Assembly: GCF_009914755.1 (NCBI RefSeq)
Contig: NC_060927.1
DNA: 64,000 nt
DNA from: the human T2T-CHM13v2.0 reference genome, Homo sapiens
Reading direction: 5' to 3' (one strand)
Made by a program: the position numbers and the translations under genes. The notes under the pieces were generated by a model, which saw nothing but the letters and a program-made list of their open reading frames with translations, did not search any database and was not told the DNA's origin. Positions 45,331 through 61,224 of the stretch are shown here, one piece after another (position 1 is the first letter of the stretch; each line of letters opens with the position of its first letter).

Positions 45331-45588
45331 CGATATGATTTCGTAGTGTCTTCACCCAAATCTCATCTTGAATTGTAGTTCCCATAATTCCCACATGTTG
45401 TGTGAGTGACTTGGCTGTCATTCTCTCTTGTCTGCTGTCATGTAAGATGTGCCTTTCACTTTCTGCCATGATTGTGAGTCCTCCACAGCCATGCGGAACT
45501 GTGAGTCCATTAAACCTCTTTTTCTTTATAAATTACTCATGAAGGTTCAGGTATATCTTTATCAGCAGCATGAAAATGGACTAATACA
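45331..45588 (+). mobile_element. THE1C-like solo LTR with internal deletion
   Basis: cacccaaatctcatcttgaattgtagttcccataattcccacatgttgtg...gaaaatggactaataca; TSD aaagt/aaagg. Confidence 0.9.
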
Positions 45589-46099
45589 AAAGGAAATGGA
45601 TAAAGATGTCTCCAGAAATATCCAGAAACTGAAGGACAAAAAGAATAATGTCTAAAAAATATGACTAGAAACGACTCCCCTCCTTCCCTGCCTTCAGACC
45701 TCACCCTCCCTCATAGAAGAAATCGTGTACATCAGTGTCAGGGTTGGTACTTTAATATGTTTGGTGCAAGATAAATTAAAAATCAGAATTCATGTTTCCT
45801 CTTCCATTCCTCAGGCAGCAGTGTGGTAATGTGCCTGAACTGTGGTAGAAGATGATTTAGAACTACTTAAAAGTTTCTGAAATTCAGGATTCAGTAAATT
45901 AATCTATGCTTACATTTCCTCAAGTCTTGAATTTGATTTTAGGAGCCTGATTTGTTGGTTATCTGTATATGTTGCTAACTTGAACAAGTGCAAAAGTTCC
46001 CAGTAAAACACTATTTTCAGTATTTTTTCTTTGTACAGAGACTATTGAATGTTCAGTGGAATCTACTGTAGGTCACTGCCCAGGCTATATATTCTAAGA

Positions 46100-46302
46100 C
46101 AGTGTAACTCAAATTCTGTAGTAAAGGACCATTTTAAAAAAACATAGATTGCAGACCACAATAGAGTGACGTAGAAGAAAAGTGTTGTAGCCGTGGCAGA
46201 TTGCTATGGAAGCTTCTGAAAACTGGCTCAAATTCTGAAGTTAGCTGGCCATGGACAACTGTAGCAGGCAGTTTGCAGACAGACTACACTTAGAAAGCAC
46301 TA
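46100..46302 (-). mobile_element. MER5C-like hAT-Charlie element
   Basis: cagtgtaactcaaattctgtagtaaaggacca...ttgctatggaagcttct...actacacttagaaagcacta. Confidence 0.55.
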
Positions 46303-48749
46303 ACCTAGGAGACGTAAAAAGTAAAATATTTCACCTCTCAAATACCTTATAGCTTGGTGAGAGACTTAGGCATAATTAATTTATAACCAAAATAGATAAT
46401 AATTGTAATAGATGGTTTACAAAACTTAGGATAAAAGAAGCATGAGGATGAAAAAAGGCAACAAAATGGAGGTTGGTTAATCTAGATGTTATTAATAGTT
46501 ATAGCTAATAATTCTTGATTGTTTATAATGTGCTAGGGCCAATACTGAGTGCTTTCTGCAAGTATAAAGTAATTTAATTCTGAGCAATGCACAATGATGT
46601 ACGTTCTGTGAATAAGCACTTTGCTCAGTCTCTTTTCTGTTTCTGTCTCTCTGACACCCCCTTTCTCCTCCTCTATGGACATATGCATTAAGTAGTAGAG
46701 CTGGGATTTGCACTCAGGTTTGTGACTTGAACAGCCCATGAGTTTAATCCCTTTCTTTCCTCTAATGATTTGAAAGAAGAATCCAACTGTAAAAAGGGAA
46801 TACTTTTCTAACAGGCACAGCAAACAGAATGAACAGAGGTGTGAGTCAGTGAGTGGGTGGGCTTGGTGGGTGTAGACCAGTGTTCCGGAACAGGGGACCC
46901 TAAAGATACAGTTGGAGATAATCTTAAAGCAGTAAAAGATGCTCAAAGGGAGAGAGATGGATTAAGTTTGCTGGAGGAGGAGCCATGTGCAGAGACAGCA
47001 GGGCCTGATAGGAGAGAGGTCCAGTCAGACATTCTGTACCTACAGATGAGGGCCTCAACTATTGCTACATTCTAAGTTATGGAAGTAGGGCGGGAGAGGT
47101 GGGTGGAAGTCTGGGCACTGTGGGAAGGAGCTCCTGCCAACTAGTTAAGAAATAACTAGGGAAGGAGGAACGGTTTGTGGCAGAAGATGGCATTCACATT
47201 GAGATTTGTTGAGTTTTAGATGTTAGCAAAACAATCACGTAAAGACGTTTGTGTGTATTTTCTGGAACCCTTAATTGTGGCAGGCAGTGCTAGGTGTTGG
47301 CAGTATCCATTTTGTGTCCTCAGTTGTGTACAATCTTATAACACTGAGCAAACACTGGAAAACTCAGGTGTGAAGTCTTAAGTGAAGAACACTTAAGACA
47401 TGCTGGATTTTAGAACCAGAATTGTAGAGGGCAGTCTGTATGCATAAAATATTCTCCCAATTACTCTTGGGTCTACAGATGTACAGACAACTTTGTAGGC
47501 CTTAATTGTACGCCATTCACTTTGACCACAGTTTAGACACTGTGATATTTCAACCTCTGATCTTATTTATAGTCTGTTGCAGGAGGACTCAGAATAAAAG
47601 ATCCCTAAAAGTAGCAGGTGTTTTAGAATTTTGTACTTTAGCACCAAACAGGTATCAGATCGATACTTGTCATCTTTGTCAAGGACAATGAACAATTCAT
47701 CATTTTATTTTAAGCCATGTTATATCTTATCACAGGAATTTGAACAACATCAAATTTTATATGTGGTGTATGTGACAGGGGTGTGTCAAGGAAGAGAAAG
47801 GGGGTAAGGAAAGAAAAAAGCAGAAAGCTTTTTTTTTAATTGGTCTTTTACAAGAATCTTATCTTTGGTAGTGGAAAGCAGTATATTTTCTCTCTTTATT
47901 TTTTCTTGAAAAACGAGAAACCTCATGTAATATACCACTAAGCCAGCATAGTTCAAGTTGCCATTTAGAAAGCATAATTAGAACAGCATATTTGAAATCT
48001 TTTTGAAATGTGGAATTATGATCCACTTATTGAAAAATTTGAAGGCACTCAAACTGTTTTATTCTCTTTCAAGGACACTCAGTATGAAGTTACACAGTTC
48101 AAAGGAAAGCTACCACTATCTGCTTAATACCTTAATTATTTGTGGTACCTTATCTTGGTTACCACTGATATACACTGCTCCCTAAATCCTATTTACTAAG
48201 TTTTTCTTTTAGAATCACAAGTTTATTTTATAATCAGTACCCAACAGTTGGGTCACTGATTTTCTAGAACTGCCTAATTTAGTTAGCCCAAGTTTATTTG
48301 TGATATTCCACATGATTTTAATCTTGGCTAATTTTATTTTATTTTATTTCTCTACATGTGGACATATAAATAAATCAGATTATGTGGATGTTTAGGCTAA
48401 GCTTTAATCCCCCTTCTGGTGCCTGCTAGGTCTAGCTTCTTTATCAGTCTTCTCCAGTTAATCTCCAGTTTGTATTAAACTACATTAATAAACGCAGCAC
48501 CAAGAAGCCAGTCCTCCATGAGGAAAAGTAAGCCCTTACTTATTTCTCCCATTCTTTCTCCTTGTTTTAAGGTGGAACTTTTGTATCCACAAATGGGTCT
48601 GGAATAGCCACTGAGGCATAAGGAGAAAGAAAATAAAATGACAGCTGATCTCCATTGTTCTGGGCTTGTGACAGAAAATTCTGCTCCAAGTTTCTACTTT
48701 GATAGTTTTGGAATGTGGCCAGCATCTCTGGGATTTAGTATTCTGAAGT

Positions 48750-48950
48750 AGTCTGTTCAACAGACCGTTCTGTGATGGTGAATAGTCAATATCTGTGCTG
48801 GGCAATATGGTAGCTACCAGCCATGTGTAGCTATCAAACCTTGGAAATGTCGCTTGTATGATAGAGGAACTGCATTTTTATTTAACCTTAATTTTAATTA
48901 GATTTAAATAACCGTCTGTGACTAGTGGCTACCATGTTGGGGAAGTGCAG
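48750..48950. mobile_element. MER3 (hAT-Charlie)
   Basis: atctgtgctgggcaatatggtagctaccagccatgtgtagcta...ctagtggctaccatgttgg. Confidence 0.8.
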
Positions 48951-48989
48951 CTCTGAATAGTGATTATGTCAAGGACATGTTCCATGGGA

Positions 48990-49200
48990 GAGGCAGCATA
49001 GTGTCGTGGAAATCCAACCTCTCCCATTATGATCGCTGGGATCTTAGCTTTGTTAGACAAGTCTCTGTGCCTCAGTTTCCACACAAAACAAAGTCCAAGT
49101 AACAAAACTTACTTGCATGAAATATTAGTAAGATATAACATGAGTGAAACAGGCTTTCTCAAGGTCCAGCACTTATAGATACTCTATGACTATTAGTTAA
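48990..49200 (+). mobile_element. MIR SINE
   Basis: aggcagcatagtg...tctctgtgcctcagtttcc. Confidence 0.6.
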
Positions 49201-49249
49201 ACATATATATATGTACATATATATTTTTTATTATATATGTTTTATGCTG

Positions 49250-49767
<518 letters not shown>

Positions 49768-50187
49768 TGAGCTATTTTAATGAGCATGACATAGAGAATT
49801 TGGAGTAAACCTAAGCTTCCTTAAGTGAGATAGTGAACTAATGATTTCAGCTTTCTGAGTTTGTGACCTCATTTGTAAAATGGAGATTATAATTCCTGCC
49901 CTGCCTATTTTAGGATGTTGCCAAACTCTGAAACTGTGACCTCCTAAGTGTTTCTTTAGTTTATTTCCTTTTCTTCACCCACAGTGACTGCCTCATTTTT
50001 CAGGTGGATGATACATCAGCTTCCTAGCAGATCTCCTTGCCTTCACTCTTCTCAAATATGAACTGTGCATCATGACTTGAATTTGAAATGTGATTTCCAT
50101 ATTCTCTATCACTAAACAATCAAGTCCATACTGCTCAGAATGGTAACCAAGGCCAAACCATAAACTGGCTCTCATTTAAACATCCCC

Positions 50188-50490
<303 letters not shown>

Positions 50491-51544
50491 CCCTTCTTTA
50501 CATATGTTTCCTTCTCTGAATTTACTCTTGGGCTTCCCCAGACTTCATGTCATTCCCCTATCACATGCCCATGCCCTGCTCTTTCTCACCTCCATGGGCT
50601 TTGCTGTTCCTGTGCCTGCACTTTTCTCTTTTGCTCCACCTCCATCCAACCCCAATCTCTGGATTGATTAATTCTTCATATGCCCCTCCCTGCAAAACTA
50701 CACCCTTGCCCCTAATTCTAGGTTCATCCTCCTCTATTTTAGCACTCACTCAAGCAAAATAACCTCAGAAAAATGTCCTTGCCTATGACTTCCTTTAGCC
50801 TAATTCCCAAACCAGAGTGAGTCTCCAGCCTCTCCCAGGTGCAGCTCTTTTACTGAACACATGCTGATGTTGGGCTTTTCTTCTTCCTTATATCTGCGTT
50901 CCCTACTAGACCAACATCTCCCTGAGAGGAAAGCATATATTTCACTTGCTTTATAACCCAAGTGACTATGAGTTACAGCTCAGAGAGCCTTATTGAGTAG
51001 ATGATATTGTCCCAGGTATACCATGAAATCATGTAGGTGAAAGCATTTTCAAAATGGCAAAGTACTCCCGAGATATAAAGTGGCGATGTTTTAATTAAAT
51101 TTTTCTGCTGACTTAGTGTCTGCATCATGCTGACCAACTTTATGACAAGCAGTGTTCTTACACCCATGGTTCTCGCTGACTGCATGTTTCTCACCATGTG
51201 GGCCAGACATCTTCATTTCAAACTGGATGTTGCCTCTCCTCTCTGTATTCTCACTTGCTAGTTTCTGCTCTGTGGCTGCAAGTACTCTGCTGACTGTCCA
51301 CTCTTATAGATGCTATAATCCTCACACCGAGCTGTTCTCCTCGTGAATGCTATGCACCTACCCCACACCTATGCAAAATACCTTTGAGTTCCTTAAGGAA
51401 AACAGGTGAGGAACAAGCTAGGAGACCTGCTCCGTAGAGACTACCTGGTTATTTACCACAAAATATAAGTCTTCCTGAGAACACATATATGGAGCCTTCA
51501 ACAATCTGTGGGTTGAGGTTAAGCAGCTTCAGGGGCACTCTAGA

Positions 51545-51759
51545 CCAGAATTTTGCAATGTGCAGCTCTCAGGATGCATGTGACCCGCTGCCCTGAATGC
51601 ATGTGTATGTCAATAAGTTTTATTGAACCATGCTCTTTTGCTTATGTATTGCTTATGGCTACTTTTGCCCTACAATATTGTACAAGAGACCGTGTGGCTT
51701 GTAATGCCTAAAATATTTACTATGTGGCTCTTTACAGAAAAGAAAATTGCTGACCTCTG
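51545..51759. mobile_element. MER58A-like (hAT-Charlie)
   Basis: aataagttttattgaac...gagaccgtgtggc...gcctaaaatatttactatgtggctctttacagaaaa...ttgctgacctctg. Confidence 0.8.
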
Positions 51760-51764
51760 TTCTG

Positions 51765-51984
51765 AGGCAGAACTACTGCCATTAGGAGCGGGAGAATTCT
51801 TTGCTGGGTAAGGGGACAAAGAGGGTTTTTCTGTACAATATGGGATATTTGGCAGCATCCCATGCCTCTGCCTACCAGTGCATCTACAGTAGTACCACCT
51901 CCCCATTTGTGACAACCAAAAATGTCACTAGACAATGCCAAACGTCCCCTGGGGGACGAAATCACTTTCAGTTGAGAACCACTG
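51765..51984 (-). mobile_element. MER20 (hAT-Charlie)
   Basis: ggcagcatccc...gtgacaaccaaaaatgtcactagacaatgccaaacgtcccctggggg...gttgagaaccactg. Confidence 0.85.
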
Positions 51985-53049
51985 CTGGAGACAAAGTAGA
52001 CCCAAATACACTTTAGAAGAAAGTAAGAAAAAAATCAATTATTGAAAAACATGAAGATGTCAGATGCACTAACTACTTATTTTTCTTTGGCAAACTCATT
52101 GCACAGATTTCACTGACCTAAATGTAATACTGTTCAATCTGCATGGTCAGGAGGGGAGAACATATTGAGATTTATTGGCTGGGTTCCTAATATTTTTTTT
52201 CCACCATAAATTCAAGTCAAATGTGTAGAGTGGAAGTGTGACCACAGGGGTGTTGAGCACAGCCTGTGTGACACTTGCCTGAACTAAGGGTAACTCTGAG
52301 ACTTGTCAACATGCTACTCTGTAAGTGTGGGCACACTATTTTGTTTATCTGAAACTGAATCTTCTCTTTTGTAAAATGTTAGAATTAAGTGAGAGCATTG
52401 TTCTTCTAAACTGCTTAAGACAGCGTCTGGAATCAATAGTGGGTGCTTACGGGATATCAGTGATGAGAGTGGTGGTGATGGAGGTGGGAAGGAAGAAGAA
52501 AGGGGAGAGAAATAAGAAACTGATATTCACAAAGCACCCTGTGGAGTGTTAGAAAGAAACATTAAAATCATAATGTGTTAAGGTTGAAAAACCATTAAGG
52601 TGACCTCAGATGTTGATATCTTTGTGCTGTCTCCTGCAGGGATTGTTGGGCTTCTAGTCCCTGCAAGACATGAACTAAATCTATTAGTAAAAGACACCAA
52701 TTCTTCAAGCAGCAACTTGGAAAGAACATAAAAATATTTACATAATGGGAAATTATATGAGTTCAAAATACTGAATACTAGTGTTCATAGAACATAAAAA
52801 TCATGTATTTAGTCTTAAAGTTATTGGAGGTTACCACTTAGTTAACTAATCAGTGCTAAAAAGCCTTTGCAAAAAGATCCCTGATCTTTCCATGTATCTG
52901 TGGAAGCTGACACGGTGGTTCTCAGTCACATGGAACTTCTGTGCCTTTCATTTCCCAGAATGTAGTCACCAACATCTGTCCCCCGCTAGGAAGTCTCCCT
53001 GACCCCATCCCAATTCATGTAGTTTTATTGGAGCTGACTCTAATCTCAT

Positions 53050-53456
53050 TTCTAGACAAAATTATATGACTTCAAAGCTAAGCCACTCCACACAGCCTCT
53101 TGGTGACTCGGTGTGGGATGGCTGCACAGCCCGGGAAGAGACAATACACTCCTAGATTTCTAGAGAAAAATATTCTTAGCTTCTAGTCCTCAAAGAAGAA
53201 GTTGTAGGGGCTGGAATGGCTACCTTGATTTTGGTACCACATGAGGTCTGAGTCTGAAATTTGAAAGAAAAAGGCAGAGATGAAAAATAAAGAAACACTG
53301 ATGTTTTAAGATATTTTGTGTCTAGAATCTACCAAGCCTGAAAATAATTGGACATCTAGATATGTATACTAATATGAAGTAATATTTTTCTACTTGCATA
53401 AGCTAAACTGGGTCAGATTTTCTACCACTTGAAAGAAAGAAGTCCTAAGTATTACA
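53050..53456 (+). mobile_element. Old MLT1-type LTR relic
   Basis: ttggtaccacatgag...gcataagctaaactgggtcagattttctaccacttg...gtcctaagtattaca terminus. Confidence 0.5.
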
Positions 53457-54038
53457 ACAGTCTTGGGAGTTAAGGGACTACTCTGTCATTCAGATGGAGC
53501 AACTACTAAGACGGCCTCTTCTTGAACTTCTCTTTATACAAAATGCCATGAGAAAATTCATGTTATGTTAGAATACTTTTTGTGACAAGAGAGGTTATAT
53601 TTTAGAGACTTTTAAAAACCAGTTGTGTGTTTGGATAATATTGTATTAACTAACATTAGATATTAATATAATAAAATCTTAAAATATATACATTAATATC
53701 TAAACTTCTGATTTTTATTATGAAGACCCCCATGTCTACAATACCTGCTTTCAACACTTATCAGGATTTTGCCACATTTGATTCATCTATCTTTTAAAAT
53801 TTTCTTTAAGCGTTTGAAAGAGAATCCCAGACATCCTACTTTTTCTCCCTCACATGTTTCAGTCAGCTTCTCCAAGAATCAACAATGTCATGCAATGCAT
53901 GACTGCAATGCCATTATCACATCTAACAGAAACACTATCCAGCCCATTATCAAATTTCCTTGAGTGGCTAGAAAATACCTTTATAACGTCAGCTTTAAAT
54001 AACACATATTAAGTGCCAGGCGTCTTCTGGGCATTTTA

Positions 54039-54365
<327 letters not shown>

Positions 54366-56199
54366 TCTTCTGTGAATTTTACAAGCGACATCATAACCAC
54401 CTCTAAAGATCAGAGATGTTTAATGACTTGCCTAAGACTTACCAAACTAAATATCCTGAGCCTTAGTATGCTAACAATAACACCTCATTTCTTCCTAAAC
54501 CTTTATTAGTAAAATCTGTATTCTTTAATTTCTTAAAAATTATGAAATCATGAGAATGTTTGGTTTTCCCTATATATTTTTTCTTATCTTTTTGGTGTAA
54601 AATTGACAAATGTTTTTATAAATCTATAAAGAATGCAAGTATGTTAATTTTCAGGGGAAAAAATATACCCTTAGTGGATATTTTAAATATAAAACCAACC
54701 ACTTTTGGGAACATGTTTTACATATGTTCCTTCTGTTTGTAGGAATATGATGTTGTCCTACATCCTTGCTTGGCTCCTTCTTGCCATCTGTATTTTTAGT
54801 TGCCCAGGGTGCAGTATTCCCACAGAGGGTGAAGCTGATTATTCTTCCTTACCTGCTTCCTCAGGGTCATCTCAAACTCTGCCGCCTTCCCTTCATCATC
54901 ACCCTGGGTCTCCAATTCTCCAAACCTTCTTACTACCTTTATTTTCCTCTGACAGATAACCCTGTAGCAAGGTAACTTGGATGTGTTTTTGTTGGTTCTA
55001 CTCCATTTCGAAATGATATTTCAAAACTATTGAAAGCACTGGAACAATAGGCAGTTGTAGAATGGCTTGGCTTGGCTTGAAATATGGGAGGTCCATATTT
55101 AGTTGCTAGAAAAAAAAATGCTGGTGACATTTCAGGAGAAATAAAGAATTGTTCAGAGAAGTCTTGAGTGTGTCTTTCATGAATGAATAAAATGGTTTGA
55201 GTGACCTAGTTTGGCCATGCCCTCAAGTAGTTTTAACATTCCATTTTGGAATATCTGTGTTATTAAGGCAATGAGATTAATTTAGAACAATAAGAAAACA
55301 CAGAAGTTATCCTCTGCGCATCATATTTAGTTCAGAGGACATTGCTTTCTGTTCATAAGATATTTTGTGACACCAATCTATTGTGTCACCACAATATTTC
55401 AACTAGAGTTGAAATGTTGCATTTCCTGAGGGAGAGTGAATGAGTGCATCATTGGTTGATTCTGTACACATTTATTCTCTCTCAACCTTATTCTTTGGCT
55501 TGAGATTGAGCACATATTAGCAGTCTAAACAGCTTCTTTGGAAATCAATGAATTAACTGTTTGGCTATCAGAAACTGAAGCAAGGTGAGCAAGAAGGAGG
55601 TGATGAGGGCTCCAGGCCCTCCTAGCCTACCAGGTGGTAAAATACAGCCTTTTAAGACCTGCCCAATTTTGAACATTCTAACTATCCTGAAGGTAGCAAA
55701 GTTAAAACTCAAGGAATGTGTCCTCTGCACTCTGCCAGGTCATGAAGGTTCAGCACTGAGAAAAGAATTCCCTAAACCCCATTAGAACTGCTTAGCCAAA
55801 TCAATTTCTGCTCCTCTGTTTGCATATTCCTTCCAGTATATAACCCTGGAGAAACTGGTGTTTTTCATTGTAACATCCAAGTCTCTGAAAAATTTCTATT
55901 AAAATGGAGACTATAAAAGGAAGACCGTGTGTTTTGAAGTCATAAGTCAAGCAAAAATAAGGAATTATGATAAGAGAGGCATTATGGGGTGGAGGAAGTC
56001 AAATTTGGAAGCAGAAGAAATTTATCATTCTTCTCTTAGTTTCGTCAGTAGAGGGCTCAAAGCCAGTACTACCTTTCTCAAGTACATTTGAGTATCATCT
56101 ACTTCCTTGACTTTATGCTATTATTTAGTTAGTTTTTTTTTGATGTTCAACTCTATTTTAAAATATTTTTATTCTTTTTATTTGTTGTATAACTTCATT

Positions 56200-56745
56200 T
56201 ACATTATGTGGGGCTCTGAAGGCATGCAAATCTGGACAAAAATCCAGGCTTTTCTACTCAAAAGCTACACAATTTTGCACAGTTTATTCATTATTCATTC
56301 ATTCTTTTCCCTACTCATTAATATATTCTGCCAGTATTTATTGAGTGATAATTAAGTCCTATATCATGTGCAGGTAATGGGGGTTACATTGGTGAATGAA
56401 ACTCATCAAGGTCTCTATTCTTGGGGTTTATGGATCATTGGGGAGGCAAGCATTAAACATTTATACTAAGGTGTATATAAATATAAACTAAGTTTTCTAG
56501 AAAAAAGCAAAATATGATACATCAGTTGGTTCTATGAAAAGATGTATATCCAAAGAGCCGCCTGACCGTATTGAAGTATGGGATTAGTTGACCTCTATGA
56601 GCCTCCATTTCCTCATCTATACAGTGGGAATAATAATAGTGACTACACTATTGGTTTGTTGTGAACATTAAATGTGATAATGTAAATAACGTGCTTAGCA
56701 GAGTGCCTTGAAAATTGTAGGATCTCATTAATTTAAACATTTATT
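56200..56745 (+). mobile_element. MIR split by an antisense L2 fragment (~56285-56570)
   Basis: MIR 5' part 56200-56285; antisense L2 ttcattcattc...tatttattgagtg; MIR resumes acctctatgagcctccatttcctcatcta. Confidence 0.65.
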
Positions 56746-58985
56746 ATTTTGGTTTTGATTATATCCTATCAATGTGATCTTAAAGTGATAATAATGGGAG
56801 AATCAATCATTTCTGAGTTGAAGGCACATTTAAGGTTACCTAGCTCAGGGTAAGTGGCCTTCATGTGTTAGGCAAACACTCTCACACACCACAGTGTTTT
56901 ATGTGTGTGCATTTATTTCTAGGATGATGACCCATGGGTTACATAAAAATCATGTTTGTTTTATTTAAAGTCCATGACCCAAAATGAGTTAAGTCACTAT
57001 CAAATGCTGTACCAGATAAAAAAAACCAACAGCCATTCATCAATAATATTTTATGAAATTCTTTATAATGATCCTTCTTTTCTCTCTGTCTCTAAAAAAA
57101 ATTCTGCTTACCTTATGGCTTTTTTATTGGATCTTTTGGTGGATTTAGAGTCTTCTTACTATGAGTGAAAGCTGTTTATTTCTGTACCAAGTTGATGATA
57201 ATTATCAGGTAATCTTATGAGCTTTGATTGCCTTTAGATTATCAGAGATTTTCCATGTATATAGGCCTATTAAATGGGAAGCATGAAGATTTTGTATCTT
57301 CATTTCTATTCCATGTCTCTTGTTACTTTTTCTTCTTTTGTTTTGATAGAGAAGCTCTTCATCATTGTGCAGAACAGGGCTGCGATGGTGTGTATCTTGG
57401 CTTTATTCCTGAAATTTACTGGGAATGCTCCTCAAACCATCAGAGTTTTATTACAGCAAGTAACAAAACCCATTTCTGACTCATTATGGGAATGTAAACT
57501 CTGCAAGGCATAAATGTTCATGTTTTGTTCCCTCATGTTTGAGTTCACTCTGAATAATAACTGGAACACTGAAGACACTTCATAAAAGCTTGTTGAATAA
57601 AAAGGGAAAACAATAGAATAAATAGGAAGAGTAAGGATTGAAAGGAAAAAAATAAAGTAGTCTGATAGTGTGTTTATATATCTTGTTTAATTAGTTGAGA
57701 TATGGGTAACCTAAAACAACATTTGAAGAAAGTTGGGCAAACTGCCCTCTTAGTTATATTAAGGAAGCAGACCTTGGAGATGGCAGAAATTAATGAGTCT
57801 GAATGCCAAACTACATTGCACAATCTCAGTAGGCTCTGGACTTTGGAACAGATCATTTACATCTCATTTCACACATACTTTGCTTAATACACTGGAGGCT
57901 GTACCCTTGCTATCCACAGACTGTGACTTCAAGGAGAGGAAATTGAGATTTTTTTCAACCGTACCAAGTGGGCCATGTGTTTGTATTGATTTTTCTCGTG
58001 CTCCTTAGCGAGTGATCCTGAATATCCTTACAACCCAGATCCACACTCTAGCCCCCACATCCAAATTTCAGAGTGAAGCTGTTGGGTGTCAAGACATTGA
58101 TCCTGCAGGAAATATCGTATTCTCTTCTTTTTCATAGGTTCTCATGGAAAATGATTTAAGATGTTTAATTTAGATACAATAAATATCTGGATCCCTACAA
58201 TTGCTGTTGCAGTTTCTTACACCTAAGAAGTGCTCAGACTATTGAGTGGGTACCTGTGTTTCATCTTTGTTTCTGGCTTTTAGGTTTATAGAACTGTGGT
58301 ATCTGAAAGGAGATAATGAAAGTGGGGATGGACATAAAGATGGTTTATGGAGGGATAGAAATTAAGCTTTGTGATCCAAACAGATATTTAAAAATGAAAC
58401 TTGTAGAGCAGTTTCATGTTATTAGGAAATAATACCTTGTATACATAGCCATGCCAAAAAATGACACAAAATCAGTTCTGTTTATATACATACTTCTCTA
58501 TTGAATTATTACAGAGTAATATTTACCTATCAGATAAGATGCCCTAAAGACTAACAAACTTTAGTATATAACATTGAGATACACCATTAAGAGGCCCTTC
58601 AAAGGAAATGTCATAGATTCCACCCCCGCAACAGTCCACTTAAACTAATCTTCTGGCTTTCCCTGCTACACTGGAAGGCAAGGATATAAAAACAGAAACA
58701 TCTGCATTCAAGTCATTCAAATATTAAGCCAAGGAAATATATAAAAATTGATCCATACCACCCTGGGGTATATGAAATCTATCTAAAGTTATTTTAATTA
58801 ACGTTAATGTTTACTTTTTTACGTAGAACTATAATTTTCCTTGTCCCTCTTCAGCTTCGTGGAGTTTACCTTTTTAACCTAAGTATATTTAAAATTCTCA
58901 CTAGGTAGAAACAAGCCATCTAAGTCATCTGGACCCTACTCTAAGGGTAAAATGAAATTTTAATGACATTTTAGGCCAAAAATAA

Positions 58986-59296
<311 letters not shown>

Positions 59297-59404
59297 GAAT
59301 AATACATTTGTATCAATTTTTGGAGTAATATAAATTAAATATTTGGATAATTGAAAAAACATCCACCAACATTTGGAATCTTTTAATTGTTGAAGTTTGT
59401 GCCA

Positions 59405-59718
59405 ATGCTGTCCAATAGAAATATAATCCAATAATACATACAAATTAGTATTTTCTAGTAGCCATATTTTAAAAAGGTAAAAATAAATAGGTGAAATTAA
59501 GTTTATAATATATTTTATTTAACCCAATGTATCCCAAATATCATCTCAACATATAATCAAATAACATTATGAATGAGATACTTTACATTCTTTTTTTCAT
59601 ACTAAGTCTTCAAAATCTTGGATGTCTTCTACATTTAGAGCACCTTAAGTTGATCAAGACACGTTTCAGTTGTTCAACAGCCACACGGGGCTGGTGGCTA
59701 TCAAGTCGAATACAGCAG
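59405..59718. mobile_element. MER33 (hAT-Charlie)
   Basis: gctgtccaatagaaatataat...ttttctagtagcca...taacccaatgtatcc...caacagccacacggggctggtggcta. Confidence 0.85.
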
Positions 59719-60220
59719 GTGTACACACAGTCACAAATCAGTTTAGCTCTACCTGGCTACAGAGAGATTGGGGAGCTTTTACAAGGGAATCTATCAGCTT
59801 TGCCTGATCAAAAAAACTGGCCACACTTCCCCTCTCTCTTTCCTCCAAAAAGTGACAGAAACTTAAGAAATGTGCTATGGAGATCAAATATCTTACAAAT
59901 ACATTTTAAACAATAGATGTAATACTGGAAAAAAGATAACAATTTTACTTTCCTTTGTAAACTGCCTTTAAATGAAACATATTTCATGTGAAAAACTCCA
60001 AATAATATCCAGTGTTCACATTTTCCCTTAGGGCTAAAGAAAGAAATTAAAGCCTCCTTTTAAAATGTGCGAACAATAACTTGATAAGCCTTTCTCATCA
60101 AAATAAGGGAAAATGCATTTCCGGGAGATTAAATCATTATATTTGACAATATAGAATGTGACTTATTTCTCTTAATATAATTTATATTTATGTAAAGGAG
60201 TATTTTAGACATATTGATAA

Positions 60221-60564
<344 letters not shown>

Positions 60565-60689
60565 CCTCTATGTGGATTTTTAAATACAGAAGTATCAAAG
60601 CAATAGATTTAACTTGTATAAATTAAATTATATGTACTTGGCAAAGTGGAATATAGAAAAATAAGTAGTAACTTTAACATATTTTGAGA

Positions 60690-61220
60690 ATACTCTTCCA
60701 TGTGTACACAAATGCATTGCAAGACATGAATAAAGACATTCTTAGCATTCTTGTTGGCAGAAGCCAAATATTAACAGTAACCTAATATTTCATCAGTGAC
60801 AGAATGGTTAAAGATATTGTGGTATATTCGTATCTTGAAAACTACCAGCAATGACAATGAATGAATTCTAATGGAATGCATTCATAGGAATGATGCTTCA
60901 TACTGAAACAAAGTGTTGACCAAGAGATGCAAAGCAAAACGTGCATACAGTCTGATTGCATTTACACTAAGTCAACAAATGTACTATACTGTTTAGCAAT
61001 GTATACAATGGGCTTAAAGTATAAAGGAAAAAACAAAACAAAACAAAACATGGAGCTGATTACCATGCAAGCCAAAATAATGATTGAGGCAGGAATTTGA
61101 TGGTAAAGGGGATAGCTCTTGTGTAGAAATCTATTTTTTTGATCTAGATGTTTGTTACATGGATGCTTTTAAAAACTTATTAATTATACCAGCAACTAAA
61201 TTGTATGTAATTTTCAATTT
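60690..61220 (+). mobile_element. L1ME-like 3' end relic
   Basis: catcagtgacagaatggttaa...tgtggtatattc...cagcaatgacaatgaatgaa. Confidence 0.55.
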
Positions 61221-61224
61221 TTAA

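Noticed and set aside
57330-57475. Possible exon with a strong polypyrimidine acceptor; other lone acceptors at ~3932, ~42140, ~46038 and ~58137
   Set aside because: Weak or absent donors, no coherent reading frame, and expected by chance in T-rich DNA.
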